IMG/VR virus record: IMGVR_UViG_3300027901_000001
Strand: one strand, 5' to 3'
Origin: a virus
DNA length: 64,000 bases
The stretch's first letter is position 1. Each line of letters starts with the position of its first letter. The notes below the pieces were generated by a model. That model did no database searches, had not been told where the DNA came from, and worked only from the letters and a program-made list of their open reading frames with translations. A program made the translations under genes and the position numbers. Below, in pieces: positions 1 through 8,991 of the stretch.

Positions 1-1759
1 TCCCGGCCGCGTCCGGAATGGCGATGTTGAGCAGCTCATCGGGCACCAACAGGGCGTACATGCCCTCTCTGGCCGTTTTCAGCGTCGGATCAGTCAGCTC
101 GTTACGGCCGATAGACGCCGTTCCGTCTGAACCGCCGTAGAAATCGTCTTCATTAAGGGTGTCGCCCGGCTCCACGTAGTGCTGAGCATCGACCTTCGAG
201 CCCGGAACCAGAGCTGTCGGCGGAGTCGCGTGCGAGGTCTCGGCCGCTGATACCGCTACAAGCGTCTTGAACGCGAACTTGCCGTTTTCGTAGTCGACCT
301 GATTGAAGCCCACCGGAGCCGCCGGATCGATATCGCCGATCAGGTTTCCGTTGCCATCGTCAGTGATGGTTCTAACCACTCCGGCCGTGTCGGTGTAGGT
401 GATCGACAGAGAGGTGGGCTGAACAGGGGTTTCCAATGCCGTCGACCGGATACCGACCGGAATGTCCGGGTAGCCGTCCGGATCGGCCGTACCAGTGGAA
501 CCGAACTCCGTGGCTGCGCCGTTACCGGCCCCGACCCATCGCGTTCGCTGCTTTCCGTCCAGGTTGCTCGGCTTGTTGTCATCGTTGGACGGGTCGACCA
601 GCTCCACCAGCTTCGAGCCCGTGGTCGGCTCATTCATCTTGGTGATCACGTAGTCGGCCGCCGTCGGATCGGTGAACTGGATGGCGTCGAAAATCTCCAG
701 GATCTCGTCATCCAGCACCACCAGCACGTCGTGCTTGGAATACGAAGCCGTCGCCCTGGTGAAGTAGTCCTCGTTGCCCCTGGTCTGGAGCTGGAGACCG
801 TTACCCCATTCACCCTCCGAGATCGGATCAGCGTCAAAGGCGTTCTGGATGTAGGCCGCCTGGATCGGGTTCAGATCGTGCGGGGCTGCCGAAGTCGCCG
901 CGATCGTAAAAGACACCGCACCGGTGATGTAATCGATGGTTGGTGCGGGAGCCGCCGCCACCGTCGGGCCTTGAAGCGCACCATCACCATCGTCGGTCAC
1001 GGTCTGCTCGGTGCCCACCGGCGTGTAATCGGCATCGATGGTCGAGGCCGCATCTGGCGCGGCGGTACCGACCGCTAGGTTGTAATGACCGGTCACGTAA
1101 TCGATGTAGCCCCGGACGTTTGCCGCACCATCCTTGAGCAAGCCGTCCTTGGCCGGGTCGGTGTAGGTCACCGGAGCCGCCGCCACCGTGGTGGTCAGCG
1201 TCACGGTGCCCGGTACGATAGGCGGACTCCCGGCGATCCGGCCAGTGAAGTCCACAGCCGCCGCGTTCGGAGCCGGATTGGCGTTCGTGTTCTCGCCCAC
1301 TACTGGCGTACCGGCCTCTTTGTAGGTGATGGACACGGAACCGGGCCGACAGGGAAGCTCGGTCAGAGTTCCGGAAATCGCCTTTGTTGCGCCGTCGCCG
1401 GTATCGATCGTCTCCTCGGAAATCGGGTTGCCGATACCGCTGCCGATCCGGGGATTGCTGGCCGTCACCGCCGGAGACAAAGCCTTCACCGCGTCCGATG
1501 CCACGACGCGCACGATATAGGCGCGCACGCCGTTGTTGGCGAAGAACGCGAACAACTGAGTCATCACCTGGCCCTTCTCGGTGAAGGAGCCGAAGGTGCG
1601 CTCAGCTTGCTCGAAACCGGTCGCCAGCGTCGCTATGTTGGTGGGGCCTTTGGGGGTGAAGCCAACGGTCCCGTAATTCGACGTTGAGACGCCCTGGATC
1701 GCGGTCAGACCACGCCGACGTTCTTCAACGTACACTCCTGGATGCAGTCGCTCTGCCAT
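1..1759 (-). CDS. Contractile tail sheath protein (3' end runs off the window)
   Basis: Manual translation from ATG at 1759: MAERLHPGVYVEERRRGLTAIQGVSTSNYGTVGFTPKGPTN, the typical sheath N-terminus (PGVYVEE). Frame open to the window edge, so it is absent from the ORF track. Confidence 0.9.
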   Translation of the reverse strand, partial: MAERLHPGVYVEERRRGLTAIQGVSTSNYGTVGFTPKGPTNIATLATGFEQAERTFGSFTEKGQVMTQLFAFFANNGVRAYIVRVVASDAVKALSPAVTASNPRIGSGIGNPISEETIDTGDGATKAISGTLTELPCRPGSVSITYKEAGTPVVGENTNANPAPNAAAVDFTGRIAGSPPIVPGTVTLTTTVAAAPVTYTDPAKDGLLKDGAANVRGYIDYVTGHYNLAVGTAAPDAASTIDADYTPVGTEQTVTDDGDGALQGPTVAAAPAPTIDYITGAVSFTIAATSAAPHDLNPIQAAYIQNAFDADPISEGEWGNGLQLQTRGNEDYFTRATASYSKHDVLVVLDDEILEIFDAIQFTDPTAADYVITKMNEPTTGSKLVELVDPSNDDNKPSNLDGKQRTRWVGAGNGAATEFGSTGTADPDGYPDIPVGIRSTALETPVQPTSLSITYTDTAGVVRTITDDGNGNLIGDIDPAAPVGFNQVDYENGKFAFKTLVAVSAAETSHATPPTALVPGSKVDAQHYVEPGDTLNEDDFYGGSDGTASIGRNELTDPTLKTAREGMYALLVPDELLNIAIPDAAG

Positions 1760-1819
1760 CGTCTTACCCTCTCATCCCCCTTTGCGGGGATGTCACTGAG
1801 AAAGAGATTTTGTTTCCGC

Positions 1820-2221
1820 TTACTGACGCCGCTGACCTGTCCTCCTTTTACGCGACGACTGCTCCTTCTCCTTCTCCGTGGGCTTCTTCGACGATGAGCC
1901 CTCTCCTTCTGTATCCTTCGGGGCATCTCCTGGCTGTGATGGTATCACAGCATCCGTCGACTCAGGCTCAGAACTGTCATCCTCTGCCGTCGTCTCGGGG
2001 GCACTTTTGGGCGGTGGTAAGGGCTTCTCCTCGGCCTCCTTCGGCCGTTCCTCCGGCGGAGGATCCGGAAGCCTGCGAACGAGCTTGATCTTCAATAGGT
2101 GGGACACGGCCGACTGCGGGGCAAAGAATTTCTGACGTGGCACCAGGACAACCGCCCCCTTCCCTGGAATGTCAATCGGCGTGGTGGTTCGACCTCTGTA
2201 GTACCAGTATGGAAGTGCCAT
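1820..2221 (-). CDS. Hypothetical virion-region protein with low-complexity acidic/basic tail
   Basis: 133-aa ORF, co-directional and tightly packed between tail genes. Confidence 0.6.
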   Translation of the reverse strand: MALPYWYYRGRTTTPIDIPGKGAVVLVPRQKFFAPQSAVSHLLKIKLVRRLPDPPPEERPKEAEEKPLPPPKSAPETTAEDDSSEPESTDAVIPSQPGDAPKDTEGEGSSSKKPTEKEKEQSSRKRRTGQRRQ

Positions 2222-2229
2222 TCAGAACC

Positions 2230-2904
2230 TCACAGACCGCCAAGACTGATCCTCGAAGATGTCGGCAAAATAACCGGCTCCTGGAAGTCTAACTCAGCCT
2301 CGACTCTCATTGAAATTGTATGTCCTTGCAACCTGTCCGCGATATCGGTGATCTCACTCAGATTATCAACACTTTCCACAAAAGCGTAATAACCGCGCTC
2401 CTCCCCCTCAGAGTCGATGAGAAAGATCTGCCCGTACGCCCAGTAATAGCGCCCCACGTATTGGAGCATGAGATCCGCCTGCCACCTCAGCCGCGCTCTG
2501 AGATGCAGGTCGTAGGTGATCTCGAAAGGAAGCGTCCAATACTTTTTCTCGATTTTATCCGGGAGCTGCCGTCCACCAGGTCCGTCAATCCACTTCGCGT
2601 TTACCGCCGGAACTTGGTACTCGTAGCCACCTGGAAACCAGCGCGCCATCGCGGGGGTGATGGAACCCCGCGAAATGACAATTTGCGGTAGGAACTGTTC
2701 CTGGAAGGCATCTTCTGGGTCCGCCATGCTGACAGGTATCAAGCCCTGGTACTCGTCGGGACCTGTGACTCCCTCGATTCCCACGGCATAGGTCTGTACC
2801 AGCTCCCCATCGCGCTCGATGTTTATCAACTCCGACCCGATGGTGGTGGCCACACCTATGTCGAAGTCCTCAAGCCGGACTCGACCTGTCCTTCCATCCG
2901 CCAT
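2230..2904 (-). CDS. Putative tail terminator/completion protein
   Basis: 224 aa, between neck genes and sheath; ends in a beta-rich 'HTISMRVEAEL' segment; function inferred mainly from synteny. Confidence 0.5.
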   Translation of the reverse strand: MADGRTGRVRLEDFDIGVATTIGSELINIERDGELVQTYAVGIEGVTGPDEYQGLIPVSMADPEDAFQEQFLPQIVISRGSITPAMARWFPGGYEYQVPAVNAKWIDGPGGRQLPDKIEKKYWTLPFEITYDLHLRARLRWQADLMLQYVGRYYWAYGQIFLIDSEGEERGYYAFVESVDNLSEITDIADRLQGHTISMRVEAELDFQEPVILPTSSRISLGGL

Positions 2905-2917
2905 TCACCAGGCGAGA

Positions 2918-3274
2918 CTAAGCTGAGAGGTGTTGAATCGTCTGCTCGACCAGATTCGATTTCTCAACCGCCTCCAACCAGGCTTCCACGTCCTGCTCGG
3001 TGGGACTGTCGAGCCCGAAAATCTCGGGCAGAGTGCCGTTGTCGGCCATGACTCCAGCAACCTCGACGATAGCGCTGATGGCCGCCTCGTCTTCCACCTC
3101 GCATTCGGCTACCAGCCGGTCCGCCAGATCCCCGATGATCGCCTCGAACCGAGTGGGCTCGTCATCGCCACTCTCGATGTCGGACAACACCAGGTCCCGG
3201 AGGGCTTGGGCCTCTCCTTCCTGGATCCGAACCAATGCCTTCGACAGAACCGAATTTACCTTGTCGATATTCAC
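2918..3274 (-). CDS. Hypothetical acidic protein
   Basis: 118-aa ORF in the structural operon. Confidence 0.6.
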   Translation of the reverse strand: MNIDKVNSVLSKALVRIQEGEAQALRDLVLSDIESGDDEPTRFEAIIGDLADRLVAECEVEDEAAISAIVEVAGVMADNGTLPEIFGLDSPTEQDVEAWLEAVEKSNLVEQTIQHLSA

Positions 3275-3285
3275 GGTCTTCCTCC

Positions 3286-4089
3286 TTAACGGCCACCAGC
3301 CGCTATATGGTCTTGAAATCCCTTAACCCTTCTCGCGGTAGATGCCTTTTCTCGCTGTTTCCTTACTCCCACCTTCCACCGGCGCTCCGATGGCACTGTT
3401 AGCCATCGTACCAATTTTCTCAGTACTCTCGTTACATATCTGCGCCTGGCAGCCCTTATTGCTGGACGCCAGTGTGCCTGATGTTTGGTGTTGATGCCAA
3501 ATTCTTTGCGTAACACCTCGAAGGCGATGTCCCTGGTAACACGCCTCTGAACCAGCGTGGGATGAAGACGTTTCGCCTCAACCCCGGCCTCCTTTAATTC
3601 CGCCTTAACCTGGGGGAGATCCGCCTTCCTACGAGCCTCTATTTTCTGAGCCTCCCGCATCGTCACCTTCCTGGATCGCATGGAGGCATCACGCCGCTCG
3701 GGCTCATAAGGCAGCGTGGTCATCGTCCAGGGATTCCTCTTGGCCAAGATAACCGCGCCGGGATCCAGGGGTCGCCCCTTATACTCCCTGGGCATGACGT
3801 ACAGAACGGTATCCTTCACATCCGCCGTCCGTAACCTCTGAGAATGTTCATAGCCAGGCACGATAATGCCCGTCGCCGAATCAACCCCTGGTATATCGAT
3901 CTGCCGCAGCTTGAGCATTTTCGGATACCCCTGGATATCCCTGGGGGCGTCCCTCTGAAGCTCCTCATATACCAGCTCCGCTATCAGCTCAGGGAAACGC
4001 ACTATAATGGCCTCCACTCGCAGCGGCAGCTCATCCACCAACTGGTAGACCTTCTTATTGTAGGCATCCTGCTTGACGAAAAATTCCAT
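3286..4089 (-). CDS. Hypothetical virion morphogenesis protein (basic C-terminus)
   Basis: 267-aa ORF; start overlaps the upstream stop. Confidence 0.6.
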   Translation of the reverse strand: MEFFVKQDAYNKKVYQLVDELPLRVEAIIVRFPELIAELVYEELQRDAPRDIQGYPKMLKLRQIDIPGVDSATGIIVPGYEHSQRLRTADVKDTVLYVMPREYKGRPLDPGAVILAKRNPWTMTTLPYEPERRDASMRSRKVTMREAQKIEARRKADLPQVKAELKEAGVEAKRLHPTLVQRRVTRDIAFEVLRKEFGINTKHQAHWRPAIRAARRRYVTRVLRKLVRWLTVPSERRWKVGVRKQREKASTARRVKGFQDHIAAGGR

Positions 4090-4436
4090 CAGCCAACTGC
4101 CTTACGGGGATCTTCCACCGGAATCAGGCGCTCCAAAGAAGGCAGATGCTTCTTACAAACCCCGACAAATCGATCGGGTTGCTGGCGCGAGGTAACCGCC
4201 TCCACCGCCGGTGCACCGCACCGAAAGCACATGGTCGCCAGGGAGGTGATGGTCAACGGCCCCTCGTACATGGGAAAGCTCATCCCGGCCATCGGACCGC
4301 CACAGTCCTTACCGGGCATAAAGGCCACCTCGCACATATCGAAGCCCTTGGCCTTGGCACGCCAAAGCCGTTTGCAGCAGGCACACGGGAAAGCAAACCC
4401 CTCCCTTAGAAACCTCTGTACGACTTCATCACTCAT
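4089..4436 (-). CDS. Cys-rich hypothetical protein (probable Zn-binding)
   Basis: Start re-assigned to MSDEVV (ATGA overlap with the upstream stop); CACC, CxxC and CFRC motifs. Confidence 0.6.
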   Translation of the reverse strand: MSDEVVQRFLREGFAFPCACCKRLWRAKAKGFDMCEVAFMPGKDCGGPMAGMSFPMYEGPLTITSLATMCFRCGAPAVEAVTSRQQPDRFVGVCKKHLPSLERLIPVEDPRKAVG

Positions 4437-4798
4437 GCTTGGAAAACCCGGTACCTCTTCCCCAAGGTCGCAGCCCCTGGGTTGGCCCCCCTCAAATTCA
4501 GCTCTGGCTGCCTGCTCGGTGTAGGAGCGCCACCAGGAATCTGCACGTCCCTGACCCATACGTCATACATACGGGGATCCACATCTACCTGAACATCAGA
4601 GCCAGACCCCAGATCGGCTACCCGGATGGTGTGCGTACGTGGATTTAATTGCTGAATGGTACCGGTGATCACCAGCTCCCCGGCACGGGTTCTCACCTCC
4701 ACGAATTGGCCAATACCCAGACGTACCTTCTCGGCATTCTTCGGAAGGGGCTCCTGGGGCTCCCAGACGGCCCGAGCGAGCTGTTCTGCAAGGCTCAT
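4433..4798 (-). CDS. Hypothetical protein with the capsid-leader motif (MSLAEQLARA)
   Basis: 121 aa, coupled to both neighbours; N-terminus matches the recurrent leader. Confidence 0.6.
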   Translation of the reverse strand: MSLAEQLARAVWEPQEPLPKNAEKVRLGIGQFVEVRTRAGELVITGTIQQLNPRTHTIRVADLGSGSDVQVDVDPRMYDVWVRDVQIPGGAPTPSRQPELNLRGANPGAATLGKRYRVFQA

Positions 4799-5388
4799 GT
4801 GGAGGTACCCTCCACCTTGCGGCCCGGCTCGAATTTGGTCCGCTGCTTCAGCTCAATCCGGTACTGGACGTATTCCGGTGTGGACATAATATGACCGTCC
4901 GGGTTGGCCCTGGTCACCTCCCAGTATTTGAACTGGCGCAGAAATGGCGTTGCCTTATCGCCCCAGAACTCGATCACGTCACCGATCTTCGGGTCGGGCG
5001 CGCCCACATCCTCAAACTCCTTGCGGGCAATCCAGAGCACCGCATTGGATGTCTTACCCAAACCTTCAGTCGTGGCCTCGGATTCGACCTCCTGGGCCTC
5101 ATCAAATTCCAGGCCCCCCGCCATTTCATACGGTCCGTTGAACGACCACTCCTTGCCACCAAATGACGGCTCACCATAAAGCGGATGACGGTGCTTAGCA
5201 CGCCGCAGCGACCACAGTTTCACGTCCACGCCCGATAGCTTGGCGGGCTCGGACGCGATGGAATCCCATAGCGGCCTCTCGCTTACATCCGCATCGGGGA
5301 ACAGCCGCCGGACATTATCGACACCGCCCCCGGTAAGGGTCGTGTCGCCGCCGTGGCAGCTCCCCAGAGTCTTGATCTTGCAGGTCAC
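4795..5388 (-). CDS. Neck/head-closure protein (T4 gp14-like position)
   Basis: 197 aa; 'PKIGDVIEF...YWEVT...YRIELKQ' beta-barrel pattern; downstream of the gp13-like gene. Confidence 0.55.
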   Translation of the reverse strand: MTCKIKTLGSCHGGDTTLTGGGVDNVRRLFPDADVSERPLWDSIASEPAKLSGVDVKLWSLRRAKHRHPLYGEPSFGGKEWSFNGPYEMAGGLEFDEAQEVESEATTEGLGKTSNAVLWIARKEFEDVGAPDPKIGDVIEFWGDKATPFLRQFKYWEVTRANPDGHIMSTPEYVQYRIELKQRTKFEPGRKVEGTST

Positions 5389-5633
5389 TGTCCTTCAACC
5401 ACCTGCCTGACGGGTATCCATCCCGGCCCCGACAAGGCCCCTGTAAGGGCCGCCCTCTGCCTGGCCAGGTTACTCCGCGCCACAGCGTCCTCAGCCGCCC
5501 GGCGCTTGCTACGCTTCTTGGATGGCCCGATCCGCCGGTGCTGCCGGACAACCTTGAACCGCTCGCCGCCCTTGCTCACCGAATGGGCAGAAACGGCCGA
5601 AGAGAACTTGCCGTCCTTGGCGTGATAGCTCAT
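5385..5633 (-). CDS. Small basic hypothetical protein
   Basis: 82 aa, 4-nt overlaps on both sides. Confidence 0.55.
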   Translation of the reverse strand: MSYHAKDGKFSSAVSAHSVSKGGERFKVVRQHRRIGPSKKRSKRRAAEDAVARSNLARQRAALTGALSGPGWIPVRQVVEGQ

Positions 5634-6286
5634 GTTCGCGCTCCCTTCGGGAGAAATTCGTTCTCCACATCCCTGAACATCTTGATGAATCTATTGTACT
5701 TGCTGATGCCGGTGCCCGGTAGTCCACCACCCAACGGCCCCTTTTCCATGCCGTGCTGGAAGGACCGGCGTACCCCCTTCTGGGTCTGTTTTACGGCTTT
5801 CGGCAGCTTCGTGTTCCGGCGATACGGTCCTGCCAGATAACCGTACTTTGTCATGGCCCATCGGCAAATATTCCAGGCCGCTTCCTTGGATTTTCCCCGC
5901 TTCTTGTGCACCGCCATCATGCAGTGTGCGATCTGGGCCGGAATCATATGCAGGCCGGGAGGCTTCGGGGGCTTCCGCTTTTCACGGGCTTTGGCTTGGC
6001 GCGCCCCGGCCGCTGCCTTACGGCCCATTCTCCCCTTCTCCAGAGCCTTGACCTTCTCCTTGCGCTTCTTCTCGGTCTCCTTCCTCTGCTTTTTGCGCTG
6101 TTTGGCGGCAGCATCCTTCTCCTTTTTGACCTGACGCTCCTTATCCTGCTGCCGTTTCCGCTGCTCCTTCTCCCTGCGAGCCTGGGCTTTTTTGCCAAAG
6201 ATCCTCTCATACCCACGACGGTACGCCGGAGTCGCCACCTGGGGCAGCCGGGCCTCAAAAAACGCGCTGATAGGCACCGGGTCCAT
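5630..6286 (-). CDS. Lys/Arg-rich hypothetical protein (probable nucleic-acid binding core protein)
   Basis: Start re-assigned to MDPVP just after the upstream stop; long K/R/E coiled-coil stretch. Confidence 0.6.
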   Translation of the reverse strand: MDPVPISAFFEARLPQVATPAYRRGYERIFGKKAQARREKEQRKRQQDKERQVKKEKDAAAKQRKKQRKETEKKRKEKVKALEKGRMGRKAAAGARQAKAREKRKPPKPPGLHMIPAQIAHCMMAVHKKRGKSKEAAWNICRWAMTKYGYLAGPYRRNTKLPKAVKQTQKGVRRSFQHGMEKGPLGGGLPGTGISKYNRFIKMFRDVENEFLPKGART

Positions 6287-6290
6287 AGAC

Positions 6291-7067
6291 TCACCCGATG
6301 AGAAAGGGAACACCCTCGTTCAGCTCCACAATTTCCGCGTCGAGCTTCTCGATTTCGCCCTGTGCCTCGCCCAACAGCGTGTCGCCGTCGAGGTTTTTCG
6401 TACCGCCCGCCGACGGAAATTCTGTGTACTTGGACCGAACGCGGCCGAGTCGCTCTTTCGCCTTGGCCACGGCGTACCGAAGAATCAGGTCACGATGCCG
6501 GAACCGCAGCCTCTTGAAATCGTTGACCGGTGTGGTGGCCGGGGAAACCGGATCTTCCACTCCCAGCGTCGTGCTGATATAGCGCGCCAAGGCCATCCCG
6601 ACACGCTGATTCCGTGGCGCGATATGGATGATGTTGGTGTCCTTGAAATACTCCCAAGCTGGCTCGGATCCCACGACACGCCGGGCCGTTTCCGCATGGG
6701 CAAGGATCTGGTTAAAAGTCCCGTAAAATGAACCACCCGGAATGCCCGTAATGGCCTGGTACGCTACCGGGAGCTGGTCGATGTCAATGAAGGCGTAAGG
6801 ATTGACCGCCGCGATGATGTCGATCTGGACACCGGGAAACCAAACCTCCAAGACTTCATCACAGTCCTGCGGCATCTCATATTCCTGAACACCGGGAGAC
6901 AGATTCTGGACAGCACGCCGCTTTATTCCCTTCCGGCCTATGTACCAGCGGATAGCATCATCAAAGGAATCGCAGAAGTGTTCCTCGCACAGCTCCAGGA
7001 CGACTGCTCCGCCGCCTATCGCTCGCCTAACCCACTCCAGGGCATCTGTTTTCGTAAGGGGATCCAT
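6291..7067 (-). CDS. Neck protein / head-tail adaptor (T4 gp13-like)
   Basis: N-term 'ALEWVRRAIGG..VVLELCEEHF.DSFDDAIRWY' and C-term 'GRVRSKY..FPSAGG..NLDGD.LL.EAQ.EIEKL' resemble gp13-family neck proteins. Confidence 0.75.
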   Translation of the reverse strand: MDPLTKTDALEWVRRAIGGGAVVLELCEEHFCDSFDDAIRWYIGRKGIKRRAVQNLSPGVQEYEMPQDCDEVLEVWFPGVQIDIIAAVNPYAFIDIDQLPVAYQAITGIPGGSFYGTFNQILAHAETARRVVGSEPAWEYFKDTNIIHIAPRNQRVGMALARYISTTLGVEDPVSPATTPVNDFKRLRFRHRDLILRYAVAKAKERLGRVRSKYTEFPSAGGTKNLDGDTLLGEAQGEIEKLDAEIVELNEGVPFLIG

Positions 7068-7094
7068 CCCCAGGCTACCTCCTGGGGGCTATTA

Positions 7095-7451
7095 CTACTG
7101 TGCCTCCAAGATGGCATCCACCATTTCGCCCTTGTTCATCGCAGCGTCCAGCTCCGCTCCCATCTTGGCACCGAGCGTGCCCAGCTCAGCCTTGGTCATC
7201 TTCTCCAGGTCTGCCTTGGAGAGCTTCGGAGCAGCCTTCTTCGCAGCAACCCTCTTCTTGGCCGCCGCTTCAGCAGCCTTCTGCTCTTTCTCCATGTCGA
7301 CCTGTTCAACAAAACCCATGCCGACATACCTGGCCAGACGGGAATCTGGATAAATCACGCCGTCCATGAGCTTCTTGTCAGCACGGCCGACCTGCACGGT
7401 CAGGTCCTTGCCAACGTACTTCGGTGCCTTCCTGTATCCGATTTTCGCCAT
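7095..7451 (-). CDS. Small protein with C-terminal HeH/Rho-N-like nucleic-acid-binding motif
   Basis: 'LEKMTKAELGTLGAKMG...MNKGEMVDAIL' pattern; Ala/Lys-rich linker. Confidence 0.55.
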   Translation of the reverse strand: MAKIGYRKAPKYVGKDLTVQVGRADKKLMDGVIYPDSRLARYVGMGFVEQVDMEKEQKAAEAAAKKRVAAKKAAPKLSKADLEKMTKAELGTLGAKMGAELDAAMNKGEMVDAILEAQ

Positions 7452-7464
7452 ATCAAATCCTCCC

Positions 7465-7478
7465 GGCAGTCGACTGCC
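7465..7478. repeat. 14-bp palindrome GGCAGTCGACTGCC, copy 1
   Basis: Exact; intergenic, just before an SD. Confidence 0.85.
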
Positions 7479-7495
7479 TCAGTAAGAATATCCTA

Positions 7496-8086
7496 TTACC
7501 GCTTGAGCCGCTTCTTCAATTCCGCCTTGATCGCCTTGGCCTCCGGCCCTCGAAAGGTCGCGGCATTGGCAAGGAAATAGTTAACGATGTGTGAGCCCGG
7601 ATCCATCATGTACTGCGCCTTATAAGGGTCCATCTCATCGAAGGTCGCCATCGCATCCAGATACGGCTTGGCCGCATAGTTGACCTTCTTCCAGGTACGG
7701 CGAATCACCCGCGCCAGTTCCCCCAAGGTCATCTGACTGTAGTTCTGAGCCAGTTCCTGAAGCTGTCTCAGCTCCGCCTTGACTTCCTGAATCCGGCGCT
7801 CGCGCACGTCGGGGAACAGTGATGTGGTAAATTCCAGCCGCGCCAGCTCTTCCTCGACCTCCTCCTTGCTCCGCACGCATTCTCCTGTACCTGGACCGAG
7901 GCCGGTACCACGAAACGGCCCTTTGCCACCACCCGGACCAAGCCCACGACCACCCGCAGGCTTGGCAGTCCGCAGTCCTCTACCTCCCGGCGTCTTACGC
8001 TTTCCCCGACCCATGCCCGCAACTTCTTCCAGTCGCATCTCCCGGTCGATATCCGGCGCACCATAAAACTCAAATCTTCCGTGCAT
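7496..8086 (-). CDS. Hypothetical protein (Gly-rich linker, several LxE sites)
   Basis: 196-aa ORF with an SD upstream. Confidence 0.6.
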   Translation of the reverse strand: MHGRFEFYGAPDIDREMRLEEVAGMGRGKRKTPGGRGLRTAKPAGGRGLGPGGGKGPFRGTGLGPGTGECVRSKEEVEEELARLEFTTSLFPDVRERRIQEVKAELRQLQELAQNYSQMTLGELARVIRRTWKKVNYAAKPYLDAMATFDEMDPYKAQYMMDPGSHIVNYFLANAATFRGPEAKAIKAELKKRLKR

Positions 8087-8095
8087 GGCTCTCCC

Positions 8096-8896
8096 TCACA
8101 GTATCCGTATCTTGTTCGAGGCGGGTTTCGCAGGGCTCCCTGTTTTCGCATCTACTAGCCGACGCGATTTCCCCTTCCGCAAAAGCTGAGACAGCTCCGC
8201 TTTCATCGCAAAAATCCACTCTTTTTCATCGTCCTTGTCGGTCAGCCACGGCGTCGAGATTTCGTACCGAAGACCTCTCTCTCCTGCCTCCAGTTTGGCA
8301 ACCAACATCACCTCGTCCTTGGGAGCCATCCCTGGACGCTTGGGGCCGCGACGGCTTTCCCATTTCTTAGAAACGACCTTTACATCTTTCGGCCACACCT
8401 CGTAAGTGAGCGGCCTATCCACGGCCTCTGCCTGCTGTTCACCCCTTTGAGAGACCTTTCCGAATGTCCTCAGTTTGCGATTGTGGTAGATGGCCATCGG
8501 CTTCAGCTTCTTGCCACCAGCCGTCATAAAATCTGAAATCCATCTGGGATCATACGCCGTGTACTTGGAGGTGGCTGACATCACGCCCTTCTCCTGCCGT
8601 ACGTCCCGCCATGCAGTGGTCTTTATCGCGGGCAGATTCCACCCTTTCACCACCATCCAAAAGGGCGTGTAGTACGACATGATGGTCGCCTCGTTCCGGC
8701 CACGCTTCGGAACGAAATCTACGGTGTGCTCACTGACCGAAGAAAGGTACCCTTCCACCTTGTCGATGGCTCCCATCGGCGACGAAAAGTAGATGGTGAC
8801 CTTCTCACCCTTGACGGCCGGTTTACGGCGGCCTCCCATGATGGCGAGGCTGCGGCGTTCTTGAAGCGCCGCTTCAAGCTGTGCCGAAAAGGTCAT
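8096..8896 (-). CDS. Hypothetical protein with the capsid-leader motif (MTFSAQLEAALQE)
   Basis: Start re-assigned to ATG 8896 with SD GGAGGTGAGG; directly after the major capsid gene. Confidence 0.65.
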   Translation of the reverse strand: MTFSAQLEAALQERRSLAIMGGRRKPAVKGEKVTIYFSSPMGAIDKVEGYLSSVSEHTVDFVPKRGRNEATIMSYYTPFWMVVKGWNLPAIKTTAWRDVRQEKGVMSATSKYTAYDPRWISDFMTAGGKKLKPMAIYHNRKLRTFGKVSQRGEQQAEAVDRPLTYEVWPKDVKVVSKKWESRRGPKRPGMAPKDEVMLVAKLEAGERGLRYEISTPWLTDKDDEKEWIFAMKAELSQLLRKGKSRRLVDAKTGSPAKPASNKIRIL

Positions 8897-8991
8897 TCCC
8901 TGCCTCACCTCCGTTAAAGCAAAACGGGAAGGGCAGATGCACCTTCCCGTCTCGCGTACGCGCCCGCCCGCGTAGACGGGCTTCTGAGGGC